NCBI GenBank assembly: GCA_051453625.1
Contig: JBOZIK010000001.1
Span: 4,317,642-4,381,641 of the forward strand
Length of the DNA stretch: 64,000 nt
Source: Welwitschia mirabilis
Taxonomy: Eukaryota
Reading direction: 5' to 3'
Below are positions 11,400 to 24,599 of the stretch, piece by piece; positions within the stretch are counted from its first letter, which is position 1; each line of letters begins with the position of its first letter. A program made the translations under genes and the position numbers. The notes under the pieces were generated by a model. It did no database searches, had not been told where the DNA came from, and was given only the letters and a program-made list of their open reading frames with translations.

Positions 11400-14300
11400 T
11401 TTCATGACATTGTGGCTTTATTCTGAGATCTTTTTATGATGAAATCAAAATAAATTAAATATTATTAATGATGCAATTTACATTATGTTGGACTTGTCTA
11501 GTTCATGAGTTTTACTTAATAACTAGAAGTAGTATAACTTATTCCTAATCAAACTTACATTTGTGATATAATATTTTCCATGTCATTGTAAATAATTAAT
11601 TAGTTATATTATAAGGAAATTATATTATTCTCTCTTATGAAATCATGTTATTACACGTATTCTATGATGAAATCAATGTTATATATTCAAATGTTCATAA
11701 GTATTTACCTAATAATATATAACAATACATAGCCATTCCACATTAATCATTCTTCTAACAATTGTCTTAGACATATAATATGTAGTATCTTAGAATCATA
11801 GGACTTAACGAAATCGTTATTTCATGTTAGGTTTTTTTAATGATATTATTAATCAGTTCAACAATATAAAGTGTAAATAATCATAGTTTATTAATTATAC
11901 ATTATCTAAATGCTATTTCCTAATTAAAACATAAGAATCTATGGTAGATTACCTAATATTTTTATATCAATAACAATCTCTTTTAATGCAATCTCCCAAA
12001 TAAGCTTATAATCCTAAGAAAAAAAACAAGCATAACTTATTATAAAAATGATATTCTATCCACTAACAAAAACTAAGAATATAAATTTATAAACTTACTT
12101 ACCATAGGAATATAATTTCTACCTAACCTTTTCAATGACTTATAACTATAGTATATTATAATGTAATAGAACATAAAGAAATTATATCCTTTCCTCTCTT
12201 TAAGAAATCTAAAAGTTTTTTGCACTTGTCTCCTTCTATAAGACTTATATTCTATTGGTTTACTACATATTGATTTATTTATATCTTGCTTTTACATGCT
12301 AGAAGATCATTTTATTATTCTAGTAACTAAAACACTTTATGTTGTTATTATTATTGTTGTTGTTATCTAGTTTTTCCATTCAGTCAAATGTATAACTTAA
12401 GTAATCATCTAGATGCTAATTAGAAAATTTTTGGTGATAGTATGATAATCAATCTGATTACCTAGATAACTTTCAAATAAAATTTTAAAAATTTAATAGT
12501 AATTTAGTAATTGAATAAGTTAAATTATTATCCAGATAAGTAGTAATAAATTTTTGCGTAGTACATACTTATAAACCTATGCTTATATTTTTTCTTTTAA
12601 ATAAAACTACTTATTGAAACATTTATACTCAAAAATGTTATAAACATACAAAATGTACAATGATATTAGGATGCTCTTTCTTTACCTTGAAAATAATCAA
12701 AAGGATCAAGTAATGGTATCACTTAAATTTTGAAGAATTCTTCATTAGTCTAGAATTACATATCTTACTTTTTAAATAAGTTTTAATTTATAGTTAATTA
12801 AGTAAATCTTCATTAATCTAGAATAATTTGATAATACTTTCTTACCACAATATGCCATGAACAAATATCCTTAAAATTCTAGAGATATTATGTTGAAAAT
12901 AGGGTTAAAACATATATTTTATAGATTTTAACCTCTTGATTATGCATATTTCATCATTATTAAATTTACTTATGAGTAGCTCTACAGTACATAGCAACTT
13001 TATACATGAAATTACCAATGCTTATTGGAGATGTTTATTGGATAGAATGTATAGGAAAAAAAGACCATAAAAGTAAACTAAAAATTCTTTCATCATTATT
13101 TTGAGAAAGAGACATGGGAGTGTTATCATATTTATTATTGTAATATTGAAGAATTTGAAGTAACTATTCTTTCTTGTCATCCATCTAATTCTAGAATATT
13201 AACATCTAAATATTATTTATTTTGGAATTTAGGCCTTAAATTACTTATTTGATCTTTTAAAGTCATTATTTATTTATTTATTTATGTAAATAGCACATCT
13301 CAAGGGAATCTTAATATTTATTTAAAAGGAAAAAACAAAAAAAAATCCATGACCTTTTTTATTTTAATGATACCTAATGAAAATCACTTTAATTACACTA
13401 GATTCATGGTTCATATCGTGCTGAAGAAATTAAAAAAGAGAAAGCTAGTAATTTTCAAATGACTTACATTTGAGGGATTCAATGATAATGCTATAAATGT
13501 TAAAGTCTCGGGTTTATTAGATAACTTACTTTTTTAAGAGTTTCAAGTTAGTATGCATTGCATCTTATTAAAGACATGTGAAGAATTTGTTTTTATAATA
13601 ATAATTATTTTACAATATTTATCAATGTGTGATTAATATGTTTAATAATACCATTTTACTAGGGAATATTAGGTAGTATCAACTGTTGATGAATTTTATT
13701 CTTCTATAAAAATTCTTCAAATTTATTTGAAATGTAGTTAGTGCCATTATCATCTAAAGAATATTATTTTTACATCTATATTCTAATTCAACTATTATTT
13801 TCCACTATTTAAACATCAAATTGGCTTGTTATTTTTTCCTAAGAAAATCTACCCAACTCCTTTTGGTAAAGTTGTTAATAAATGTGATGTAGAACTAGTT
13901 ATCAATAAGGTTATTATAGGGATTGAATCATAGATATTTACATGAACAAGTTGCATAATTCTTACATATTTGAAAGTACCATATCTAAAATGATTTCAAG
14001 TTGATTTATAGATGATGCAAGATTTACACTTCAAATGATTGAACTAGAGTTTAAAAGTATTCCTTAAGTATGAAGTAAAAGTACTCAATTTATTACTATG
14101 GATATGTCTAAGATGAGCATGTAAAATATGTTATTTAATTAGATTAATTAAAGTATTTAATGTAATTAATGATTCATCAGTAAGAGAGACATTTACTTTT
14201 TGTTTGTTTTTTTTTTTTCTTCTAAGTGAATTCTAGATAGATAGGTTGTGTCACACAAAGCCCTATAGTATCAGGGCTATGCTAACCTATGATGATAGAT

Positions 14301-16600
14301 ACTAAGGTGTAATGTTTCATTATTTTCCATACCTCCATATGGATTTGAAGCTATGACCTTGGGTTTGTATGTTCCTTAATCTTACCATTAGGGTAATTCA
14401 TCTTGGACTAGAAATATTTATTCATATCCATAACATTCATATCTTCTACTTATCCTAGATGTATAATTAATGTATCTTATAGCTTATCTCACATCACAAC
14501 TAGCTTCTAAAGATGATGAACTACTTGTAACATTTTATCATGTATAATTATATGAATGTTAAAACATCTAGTTACAATCATCGAGAGTAACAACAAATTT
14601 TATTTTAAGAAAATAATTTAAATAACATTAAGAAAGAGAAATTTTTAATATACCTACTTTAATTTATTTAACCAATTCCATTGATAGATTTTGTAGACTT
14701 ATCTACCATGGTAAAAAATATCAGCATCTTTGTAGCCAAAGATGTAAATAGAGATTTACTTAATGTTATGTATTAAGTTACACCTATGTTCATGATCCAT
14801 GTTATGACTTTTAAACATGTCATGTTATTCATAGTTTCATCTATTTCAAATTCTAATAAGTTTTAGATTACTTTTAATAAATGTAGTGATTTCTTCATAA
14901 AAGCGTTTTCTAGTAGCATACATTTAGTGCTATTTTTCCTTATAAATGTGATATGAACTAATTGTAAAAACTACTTTCCTCCATTGTCATCTTGATTATA
15001 TGAATTTAAAGCTATATTTTTATGTTTATTAACAAATTTTTTCAACATTATTAAAACTTTTTGATGCTTTAAGCATTTAATTCATAGTTGACAATAGTAT
15101 AACCCTTTTTAGCGATCTCTTATAACTATGTTGGACTTTTTTTATGTTATTTATTAAGAGGATTTAAATTGTAATCTCTACCTTGGCTTTGACCTTTTTT
15201 ATTCTTATCTCTACATTTATTTGATGTATTAGAGGACTTATTAAAGGAAGCTTTCTCATTATCAACATTAAAAGATGAATCACTAGTATCACTAGTGATG
15301 GCATATTAAAGCTATTATCAAATATTTTCTCTATTTAAGTTTTGAAATTTGAAAGCTTTTAAAGTACCACTAGCTTGTAAACCAAGTAACCAACTCTTTT
15401 AATTAGAAATATGAAGATAAAATTAAATAAAAAAATGCATGTTACACATTAAATTTTCAATTCATAATCAATAATATATTTGATTAGTATTAATATGTAT
15501 GTTATGTCATAAACCTTATCATGATTCATCTTTAGTTAATTCATTTTTCTTATAAGATGGAGAAATTCTAAATTATATTTTGAACCTAAATTCTTTCTTA
15601 TAATGTCAAAGCTAACTATGTCGTATCATGTATATTCTCATTAATCAAGTTAATACAGTCATATATAATGTAGAATAAGATACTTGTTATGATTTTATTA
15701 TCATTTCCAATCTATTTTTCAAGGTTTGCTTAACCAATTGGATTAGTGACACTATTTCCCAAGTTATTCCTTTAAATATTTTTAAACTTAACTACTATTT
15801 TAAAGCCTATATACCAAAATTCCCAAATTGCCTTTTCATGAAGCATGATTTTAATATTTAATTTATAGTTTCCAACTAAATTAATCAAGATAAGAACTTA
15901 AAAAGTTAAAACATAATTAAGAGTACATTAATACAAAGGTACAAAATCTTACAACATTAAAAAATGAGTTATAGTAACCAAGATATGTTCAAAATACCTC
16001 TAAAAAAGTGTGGAACTTTTATATTTGTTGCAAATAAATGAAGGTATTTCAAATCTTAAAGCTTTAAAAAGGTTTCAAACATCCTTGTGCCAATATGTTT
16101 AACTTAAATTTTCCTCTCCAAAAGGAACTATTATAAATAACTCCTTATTCAATATTTATGTTTAAAACACTAGATATATTTGAAAAGTGGCATGCTCTAT
16201 GACTAAAACACTATGTAAATGATCTAAGACCAAAGGTTTTATTATAAAACTTTAATACAAAGAAAAAAACTTTTGGATTTATAGATCCCACAATGGAAGG
16301 GAGAGATTTCTTGAATGAAATCCAAAAGAAGATCTAAGATGCTTTGAAATGAAGATATGATGAAATCATGTACCCTTAGTAATTAAATCTTATAAGCATT
16401 CTTTATCTTCTAAATCTAGCTAGTAAGGCTTGCTATGATACCATGTAATAATACAATAGATCATCAATAAAATCCCTAACAAGTAATGAATAAATAAGCA
16501 TAAAGAAAAGAAAACATATTTTCTAAATAACAATGGAAAATGGTAATGAATGCTATAGCAATGAATGTCTTTCTTGTTATATTTTGGAATAAGTATTCTT
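11400..16600 (-). mobile_element. Highly degenerate Ty1/Copia element
   Basis: PBS-like TGCTATGATACCA (16431-16443). Minus-strand relics in order: protease WIMNIGVT (~14777-14799), integrase LVHVNIYDSIP (~13919-13952), DDNGTNY (~13735-13755), KVIFIRY..KKGHGF (~13345-13390), RT FKDIFVHG (~12853-12878), RNase H-like (~11650-12000). Confidence 0.75.
14198..14409 (-). mobile_element. tRNA-derived SINE inserted in the Copia element
   Basis: A-box-like TACCCTAATGG (14385-14395), B-box-like GCTTCAAATCC (14341-14351), A-rich tail (14198-14218), and 13-bp TSD AGAGACATTTACT / AGAAATATTTATT. Confidence 0.8.
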
Positions 16601-16608
16601 TGGTACTA

Positions 16609-17100
16609 TGTTCTAATTAATATAAAATTTTACTTGTTTTGTGAGTGGAAAAAAGAAAGTGAATGAACTAAGATTTTTAATATACTTCATAAGTGTTATA
16701 AATAATTAATAATAAATGGTTAAGAAATAAAACATTAATAGAACTAGTTTTTAGGTAGGTTTCTCATGGATTAACCACTTGCCTAAGTCTTGAACTTAAT
16801 CTTATATGACTAAAGTATTTTATCATACTTTGTTTAACTTTGAATGTGTCTTTTTATTTAATGTATTATTTATAATGAGTAATCTTTGTTTATATGGTAT
16901 TTCTCGAAGTCAATTATCTCTTTTGATTATGAAGTGAAACATGTTGTTTTGTAATGAATTATCCTTGTTTACATAACATTTCACCAAGTAGCAAGGATTT
17001 TGTCTTTTAATTGTAAAATGAAACATGTTGCTTTGTGTTCAATCAAGTTATTCGCTATTGAATTATTAACTATTGAATTAATTATGTTAATTTGCTAAAA
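16609..17100 (-). repeat. LTR-like repeat, copy 1 (homologous to 26783-27170)
   Basis: Shared blocks TTATTTAATGTATTATTT, AAGGATTTTGTCTTT and AATTAATTATGTTAA. TG terminus next to PBS-like TTCTTTGGTACTA (16596-16608). Confidence 0.6.
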
Positions 17101-17478
17101 CTCCTTTTTAATTTTAACTTAGTTTTACTTTTGGCTTCATTTTGAGATTTTTGGATTCATATTAAATTGTTTCATTTTATTCAATCTAACTTATATTTTT
17201 GCATTATATTTATCATCTTTAAAATCTTTTCGTGTTCTAACTATATTTTAGGAATTAGTAAGATAGTAACTTTTAAAACCTTCATTACTTTTAGTTTTCT
17301 AGGTACCTTATTGTAGAAGGTATTTTATTTGTTAGCTAGCTTTTTTATTACTTTTTCCACTTCAATACTTTATCTTTATACTATCTTTATTTAAACTAAT
17401 GAATGATCTCTTTAGCAATCAGTGTCCTTTCCTCTAGGAACATGACTTTTTAATTTGAGTACTTGTTTCATGCAAAGG

Positions 17479-20400
17479 TTTTTTTTCTATCCCTAAATAA
17501 AGTTATGAAAGTATAAACATAAATAATTTAAATAATATTTGTATTTCTATTGATTTAAACAAAGGTTAATATATATGAGGAAAGTATACATTTAAATATT
17601 TGTAACATAAAAAAATTACATATAATATTTAAAGAATTTTTTCATTTCTACTTTAAAACTTACTTCTACTTTAAAAGGCTATTAGAAGCCCTTGGAAAAA
17701 GGTCCTTATGATGTTTCTAGATTAGCTTTCTACCTAGCTCATCTACAAGAACTTCAAAGGCTTGATTTAATTCTTTAAAAGTGTCAACCCCTTTTGGACT
17801 TTTATCTAGGTACAATCTTTGGGCATTCCTCCTATTGATTATTTTGATTAAAGTTATAAATGCTTTATGGATAGATCCTATATTAGTATATGGGCACTTT
17901 TGTAATCCTCTAATTATAGCCATCAAACCTAAGTATCTAGCCTTCTTCATATCTAGCTCTTTTTCTACTAAATCTTGATTTAACTAATGGGGCTTTCCTT
18001 ATTTTTGTTATGAATGAGTATCCTATTCTTCTTTTTCTTTTTCTTTATGGGCCTCTTTTGTTATCTTTAGATGACAATTTCCTACTCATTAGGATTTTAG
18101 AATGTGGTCATCATTGTTTGTTTCTTAGTGGATGAGGATAGGGTCATCCTTGTCTACTCATTAGCATTTGGAAATGGGATCTCCCTTATCTTCTTCTTTG
18201 GGATCAAGATTGATCCCATTCTTATCTCCTCCTAGTTTTACCTCTTTATAGATTTTCTTTATTTCTTTTTGGGGGGATTCTCATTTTTGCACTTTTATTT
18301 CCTTAGAGAGGAAGCTTAAGGGATCTCTTAATCTCTTTTATAGCCCTTTATAATGTAATTACTACACCCGAGTATCTGGTTTTGTCCTTTCTTTTTAGGA
18401 CATTTGGAAGAAGAAATGTGTAATATTAACTCTTTACCTTAGGTTCAAGGCTTTTAAAAAGGAAAAATAAATACTTTTAAGTTTAGAGATGTATTTAAAT
18501 TATATAAAGTATCAGCCTAAAATTTCTACCCCTAGACTCCATGGGGATGATAGGGCACTTTTATGTAGGTGGTTAGTAAAAAAATTAAGGATACTTGCTG
18601 AGAAGAAATAATGAGCTTCTTGTTGTCTTAGGCATCAATAAGGATTCTTAACCTTCTACCTGCATCTTAAGGTACCCTTTTAATTCTTCCTCCATGAGTT
18701 TAGTTCTTACTCTCTTGGATTTTGTTGAGATTTTTTTTAGTTCCTTAAAAAAGAAGTGATATTTGTTTCTAGCTTTTGTTTTAGTTTTCATAGAAGGGTC
18801 TTTCATTATATTGCTTGCACTTTCTGCTAAAGTACTATATAAGCTTCAAAGATAGCTTAGCTCTCTTATTCCGACAAAGGAGATACACCCATGGCTATCT
18901 TGATTTTGAAAGAATACCATTTTGAATTATGGGTCATATTAATAGGGAGATAAAGAGGAGTATTTTAAAAAAATATAATTATTGATCTTTAAAATCTAAT
19001 AATGTGTTAGATGTAATCCCTCTTTCTACCATATTTAACACTCTTTTCTTATAGCATAATAACTATTTATTAATGTGATAAGCTATTTGCTTCAAGTATT
19101 CTCTACATTTCCTTGGTAGATTAGATAATATGGGAAAATCATGGTTTCTCTTTAAATTATTTTTCATTATAATGAAGAGATAACTTTTATTTTATTTAGA
19201 ATATTAGTCTTCCAAAAATCTTCTACTCCTTGAAGTTTTTCATACTTTTTGACTAAGATGGATTTGGCTATTTCTTCAAAACTAGTACCTATGTTACTAA
19301 GCTCTTGGTAGGGACTCATCAAGTATCATCAAAGGTAGGATTTCCCTTCCTTACTATCTAAAGGATAATATTTATATTTGATCATATTACTCTAAGGTAT
19401 ATCCTTCAGGTACAATCTTATGATAATTCTATTTGCCCCTACTAGAAGACAAGCTTTTAGTCTTTGAATCCCTCAACTTCTAGATGCTTTTGATTGAGTA
19501 ATAATGGCTCACTTACAAAGGGGATTTCTATTTTCATCATTCCTTCTTAATTAAATAAAGTATTTAATCATTCTATTTAATTTCCTAATAATATACTTTA
19601 GGAAGGTAATAAGAGAAGATGAGTATTTAAAAGTAGCTATGAGGTAAGAGCTAGTAAAGATAAATTTTACTTTGGAAGATAGAAATATATTTATTTTGAT
19701 ATTGCATTTTCTTTGGATTTTTATGATGATATACTTTGAAGTTTGGATTTTATTCTAGTTTTACAATGGAATCCCTAAAGAAATATCATTACTTTCCTTC
19801 TCTTTGGCTTCCAAAAGCTAGGTGATATTAGCCCTACACATGATTTTTGTCCTGTAAATTAGATTTTTGGCTTATTTTAATTTACTCTTAGGCTTATGAT
19901 TTTTCTGAATAACTCCATTACATTTTTTATTACTTTTACTTGCTAAAAAAAGTCTTGAGTCATTATAATTATATCATTTTTATAATAATTATTAATAAAT
20001 GTTTGCTCCCTAATCTTGATTTCTTTAATACTAGCATTTTTTAACATTTCCTATAGAACATTTATAACAAACAAAAATAGGTAAGGAGATAATGTATATT
20101 CTTATCTAAGGCCTTTACCTACTATAAAATACTTAGATCTAGTGCCATTAATCTCCAAGTAGAATCCAGCTAAGGCTTGCATGTCTATACATAATATTAT
20201 CATGTCTTATGTAAATCCAGATTTCTTAAGAATGGTTTCCACTACACTCTAGCTAACTGTGCCATAGGCCTTAGCTATATCAATTTTTATAAGCATTCCA
20301 AGAAATTTATACTTTTTAATAGAATGTATGATCCCATGAGTAAGTAAAATTTGGTCTTGTATGTGCCTAGAGTAGATGAAGCCAGCTTTACTTGGAGAGA

Positions 20401-21213
20401 TTACCTTAGGCAATAGGAGGGTAATACATCCAACCGTTATCTTTGCAAAAATCCTGGAAAGCACATTACATATCCCAGTTAGTATGTAATCCCCTAGACT
20501 ATTGGCATCTATTTTCTTCGAAATAAGGACTATTCTAGTTCTATTCATCTTGATAGGAATTCTTTTTCTTGTGAATATTTCGTACATAACATCTTGAATA
20601 TTTTCACCTAAGATGAAGAAATAAAATTTAAAAAGGTCTATGGGCTAACCATTGGGCCCTAGAGCTTTCTTATTTTTCATGTATTTAATGGCTTGTTTTA
20701 GCTCTTCCGTATCAATGGAATTACTTAAATCTTTATTTTCCTCTTTAGTAATCTTATTAGAAATGTGTAATAATTTAGGGAAAATATCCTTTTACTCCTA
20801 AAAAATTTTGAGGTGATTTTTCATTTCTAATCCGATTTTCTCTTCTTTTTCTAACAATCTATCTTCCACTTTAAACTTTTTGACCTTATTGTATAGCTTG
20901 TGCTAATTTGCCTAGTGGAAGAAATTATTTTTGTATTTGTCATCTTCACATAGCCATTGGACTCTAAAAATTTCTTTCCAGTACTGTTCCTTACCTATAG
21001 TGATTTTTTGGATCTCCTAAAGATAGTCATACTCACAATTTCTAAAGTTTTTTAAATCCCTTCCTTGCTCTTATTTTATCTGGATCTTCTACATATTATT
21101 TTTAATATCTTTCTTAGAGATAAACTTCCTTTTATATCTCTTCTTCCAATTTTCTGCACAATTTATGATGTTAAGACCACTATACATAAACATGAGGGTC
21201 CTAGAATTATCAT
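17479..21213 (-). mobile_element. L1-type LINE copy A (ORF2 RT and C-terminal part, A-tail)
   Basis: ORF 20249-20587 has RT motifs (ICNVLSRIFAK, GFIYSRHIQDQIL, IKIDIAKAY). GLR*EYTLSPYLF at ~20075-20113. RNase H-like segment at 17717-17950. T-run 17479-17486 is a possible tail. Confidence 0.9.
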
Positions 21214-21313
21214 NNNNNNNNNNNNNNNNNNNNNNNNNNNNNNNNNNNNNNNNNNNNNNNNNNNNNNNNNNNNNNNNNNNNNNNNNNNNNNNNNNNNNNN
21301 NNNNNNNNNNNNN

Positions 21314-24300
21314 TATAGCTCTAATAACCAATTCCATTGCATTTTTTATGGCTTTTACTTACTAACACAAAGCTTGAATCGTTATACTTGTATTATCTAT
21401 GTAGTTATTGTTAATTAATATTTGCTTTCTAATCTTGATCCATTTAATATCGCTTTTCTTTAATATTTTCTATAAAACATTCATTAAAAATAGAAATACG
21501 TAAGAAGACAAGGGTTCTCTTTATCTAAGACCATGGCCTACTATGAAATAGTTAAATTTGGTAGCATTAATCTCTAGATAAAATTCAACTAAGGCCTACA
21601 TGTCCATTCATAAGTTTCTTATATCATCCACAAATTTAGTTTTCCTAAGAATGGTTCCTAATTCACTTTACATAATCATGTCATAGGCCTTAAATATATC
21701 GATTTTGTTAAGCATTAGAGGAAATTTATGTGTTTTAATGGAATGTATAATATCATGAGTAAGTAAAATTTGTTCTTATCTGTACATGGAAAAGATAAAG
21801 CCAGATTGATTCATAGAGATAACCTTGGATGGCAAGGAGGTGATATAGCCAATCATTATCTTTGTAAAAATATTGTAAAGCATATTGCATATACCAATTG
21901 CTTTGTAATTCCTTGAAGTATTGGAATCTATTTTCTTCAGGAATAAGGATTATTCTAGTTTTATTTATTTTGGCAGAGGTTCTTTTCCTTATGAAAATCT
22001 CTTGCATAACATCTTAAATGTTTTTGTCAAGGATGAAGATATACTCTGAAAAGTTCTATGGTCTAACCATTAAGCCTTAATTCTTTGTTATTTTTCATAG
22101 ATTTAATGGTCCATTTTACCTCTTTTCCATCTATGCACTTACTTAGTCTTCATTTCTTATTTAATAACCTTATTAAAAACATGTAGTATATCGGGAGTGA
22201 TATCCTCCCACTCCCATATTGTTTTTAGATGCTTATTCATTTATAATCTCATATTATCTTTTTTCTCTAGTAATCTATCTCCTACCTTAAGCTTTATAAT
22301 CTTATTATCCATCCTGTGTTGATTTACTTGATGGAAGAAAAATTTTGTATATATTATTTCTCATATATACTTATTTATTGGAGTTTCTATAGATAATTAT
22401 ATTCATGTTAACTTAGATCATTTTGATCTTCTTCTAGTCTTTGTTCTATCTAGATCTAGTAAAATTCCTTCTTAATTTAATTTTAACAATTAAATTTTAT
22501 TTTATCCCTCTTTTTGTAATTTCTTGTATAGTTTTTATGGGTTTTCAAACATTTATAAATGAATGTGAGGAATTTGGTCTTATCATAATTTTATCACATT
22601 CTCTTCATCATGTTCCTCATTTCTTCTTATCTATCCAGTATCTTTCCATTTTGAAGAACCATTTTGGAAATAATTCCATTCCTACATGAAACCTGATAAG
22701 TCTATAATCTAAGGTTATTCTATTAAGGCTACATGCCTTTATTGATATTTTATTAATTATCTCTCTTCTAGCTAAAATTCTGTCAATCCTAGATATGATT
22801 AGGTTGTTACATCTTCTTTTATTTAATCATGTGTATTCGCATTCTAGGATTGGAGTATTTGTCAAGTTTTTTTATACGATAGAATCCTTACGTATTTTTA
22901 CTTCTTTATTATTCCAATTACTCACACTTGATTTCTACCATCTTTAAATACATTAATTAAGATCTTCGACCACTAGCCATTAATTCTTATTTTTGATATT
23001 ATTAAGTAAGTTCATGTACTATTGATTCTTTTCCCTTGATAATTTTAAATGTTTTCAATAACTTAACCTTCCTTCTTGATATGGATCAAAATGTAATAAG
23101 AGCCTTTACTGGTCAACTCCACCTCCTTCCTTGTTAATATCATTAGCTCTCTTGATTTTCCATGTGCTCCTATGGTAAATGTATTTCAATCCTCCAATAT
23201 CATCTTATATTATTATCATTATTCATCTTTGTTTTTGGTAAGCAAACTAAGATAATATTATTTTTAATAACAATGTTTACTAGGATTTATTTTTTATAAG
23301 AGATCCCTAAACCACTGTAATTCTAAGTGAGGCAATTCATTAGGTAAATTTTCACCCCCTTTTGGCATCCTTGATCCCTTTTTTAATGTTTCTTCTATTG
23401 TAGCTTGTGAGTTATTTATCATGTTTTTTATAATACCCCTATTTCTTAGTATTTTATTGCTTAACCTCTACTTAGTATGCTACTCTACATCACTTGGTTA
23501 TGCCACACTTATTTGCATGTTATCATCTCTTTAATTAGGTTGTTGCTCTCCCTCTTCCCTTCTATTGTTAAAGACTAGAATGGATTACTATTAAGGTTTT
23601 TCTTCCCCTTCTTCTATTTTAGGAAAGACACTATGCTCCTTTGAATTTCTTTATTTTTCTTCTTGTGTTAATAGGATTCTCTCTTATGCTCTAATTTCCC
23701 ATAAAATATGCATTTATCCTTATTATTTTTTTATGTCTACTAGCTTTATCCTACATTCCTCCTTAGAATGTTTGTTTTTCCCATAGTGAGAGCATGATTT
23801 TTCTATCTTTGAACATCTACTTGGTGAGTGCCCTGACTCTTCATTTGGAGTAAAACCTAATGGATTGAATCTCTTTTATTATTTTTTTAGACTTTTCTAG
23901 ATGTAAAACCTAATTAGCATTAGTCAAGTTTTCTTTAAGGCTATCTTTGTTAAAAGGTTTTAATCCTAAAATTTCATTGAAAACCTAGGGATCCTTATCC
24001 AAATCAATAATCTTTGAAAATGTTTTGGATGTGATTATGCCCCTAGGGTCCATTTTTCTAAATAGAGTCCTCTTGCTCTAAAAAACCACATATCCCTAGC
24101 TATTACTTTGTCTTTAAACCTTTTTTTATTAAACTAAAATAATAGTAGTCCATTCAAAGAGGTAATAACATGGACTTTAGTAACCCATGTTCATTTAGTG
24201 GCAACCGAATCTCTAATCAAGTCTAACATTGACCTTGAGCCAAATGAAATAAATTTGCCTATGAGACTATATTAAAAACTTTTTCTATTTTTGCACATGC

Positions 24301-24500
24301 ACCATTATCTATATTTAGGACTAAATTACTTCCATTTCTAGAGAACTTGGCTTTCTCCATAGTCTTGTAAAGTCTCAAGGAAACAGACCCTAAAATGACA
24401 TTAAAAAAAGCTCTAAATTAAATTATGCCCTTACCTAGATAAGATCCAACCAAAACTAAAACTGAAACTATTTCCTAGATCGTGCATCCCCTCTCCAAGT
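21314..24500 (-). mobile_element. L1-type LINE copy B (ORF1, endonuclease, N-terminal RT)
   Basis: GLR*REPLSSYVF (~21495-21533). ORF 21753-22007 KINKTRIILIP. Endonuclease SRIDRIL-like (~22775-22795). ORF1 knuckle CSHYGKNKHSKEEC (~23752-23794). Confidence 0.88.
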
Positions 24501-24599
24501 TGTGTCCACCACTGATCCTCCTTTAGACTACTCTTGTGCTTCATAACCTCATCTAGTACTCTTGAATCCTAATTCTAGTTACTTCATTAGATGTTCACA

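Noticed and set aside
14341..14409. tRNA gene
   Set aside because: The A/B boxes are degenerate, no cloverleaf is evident, and the tail plus TSD indicate a SINE.
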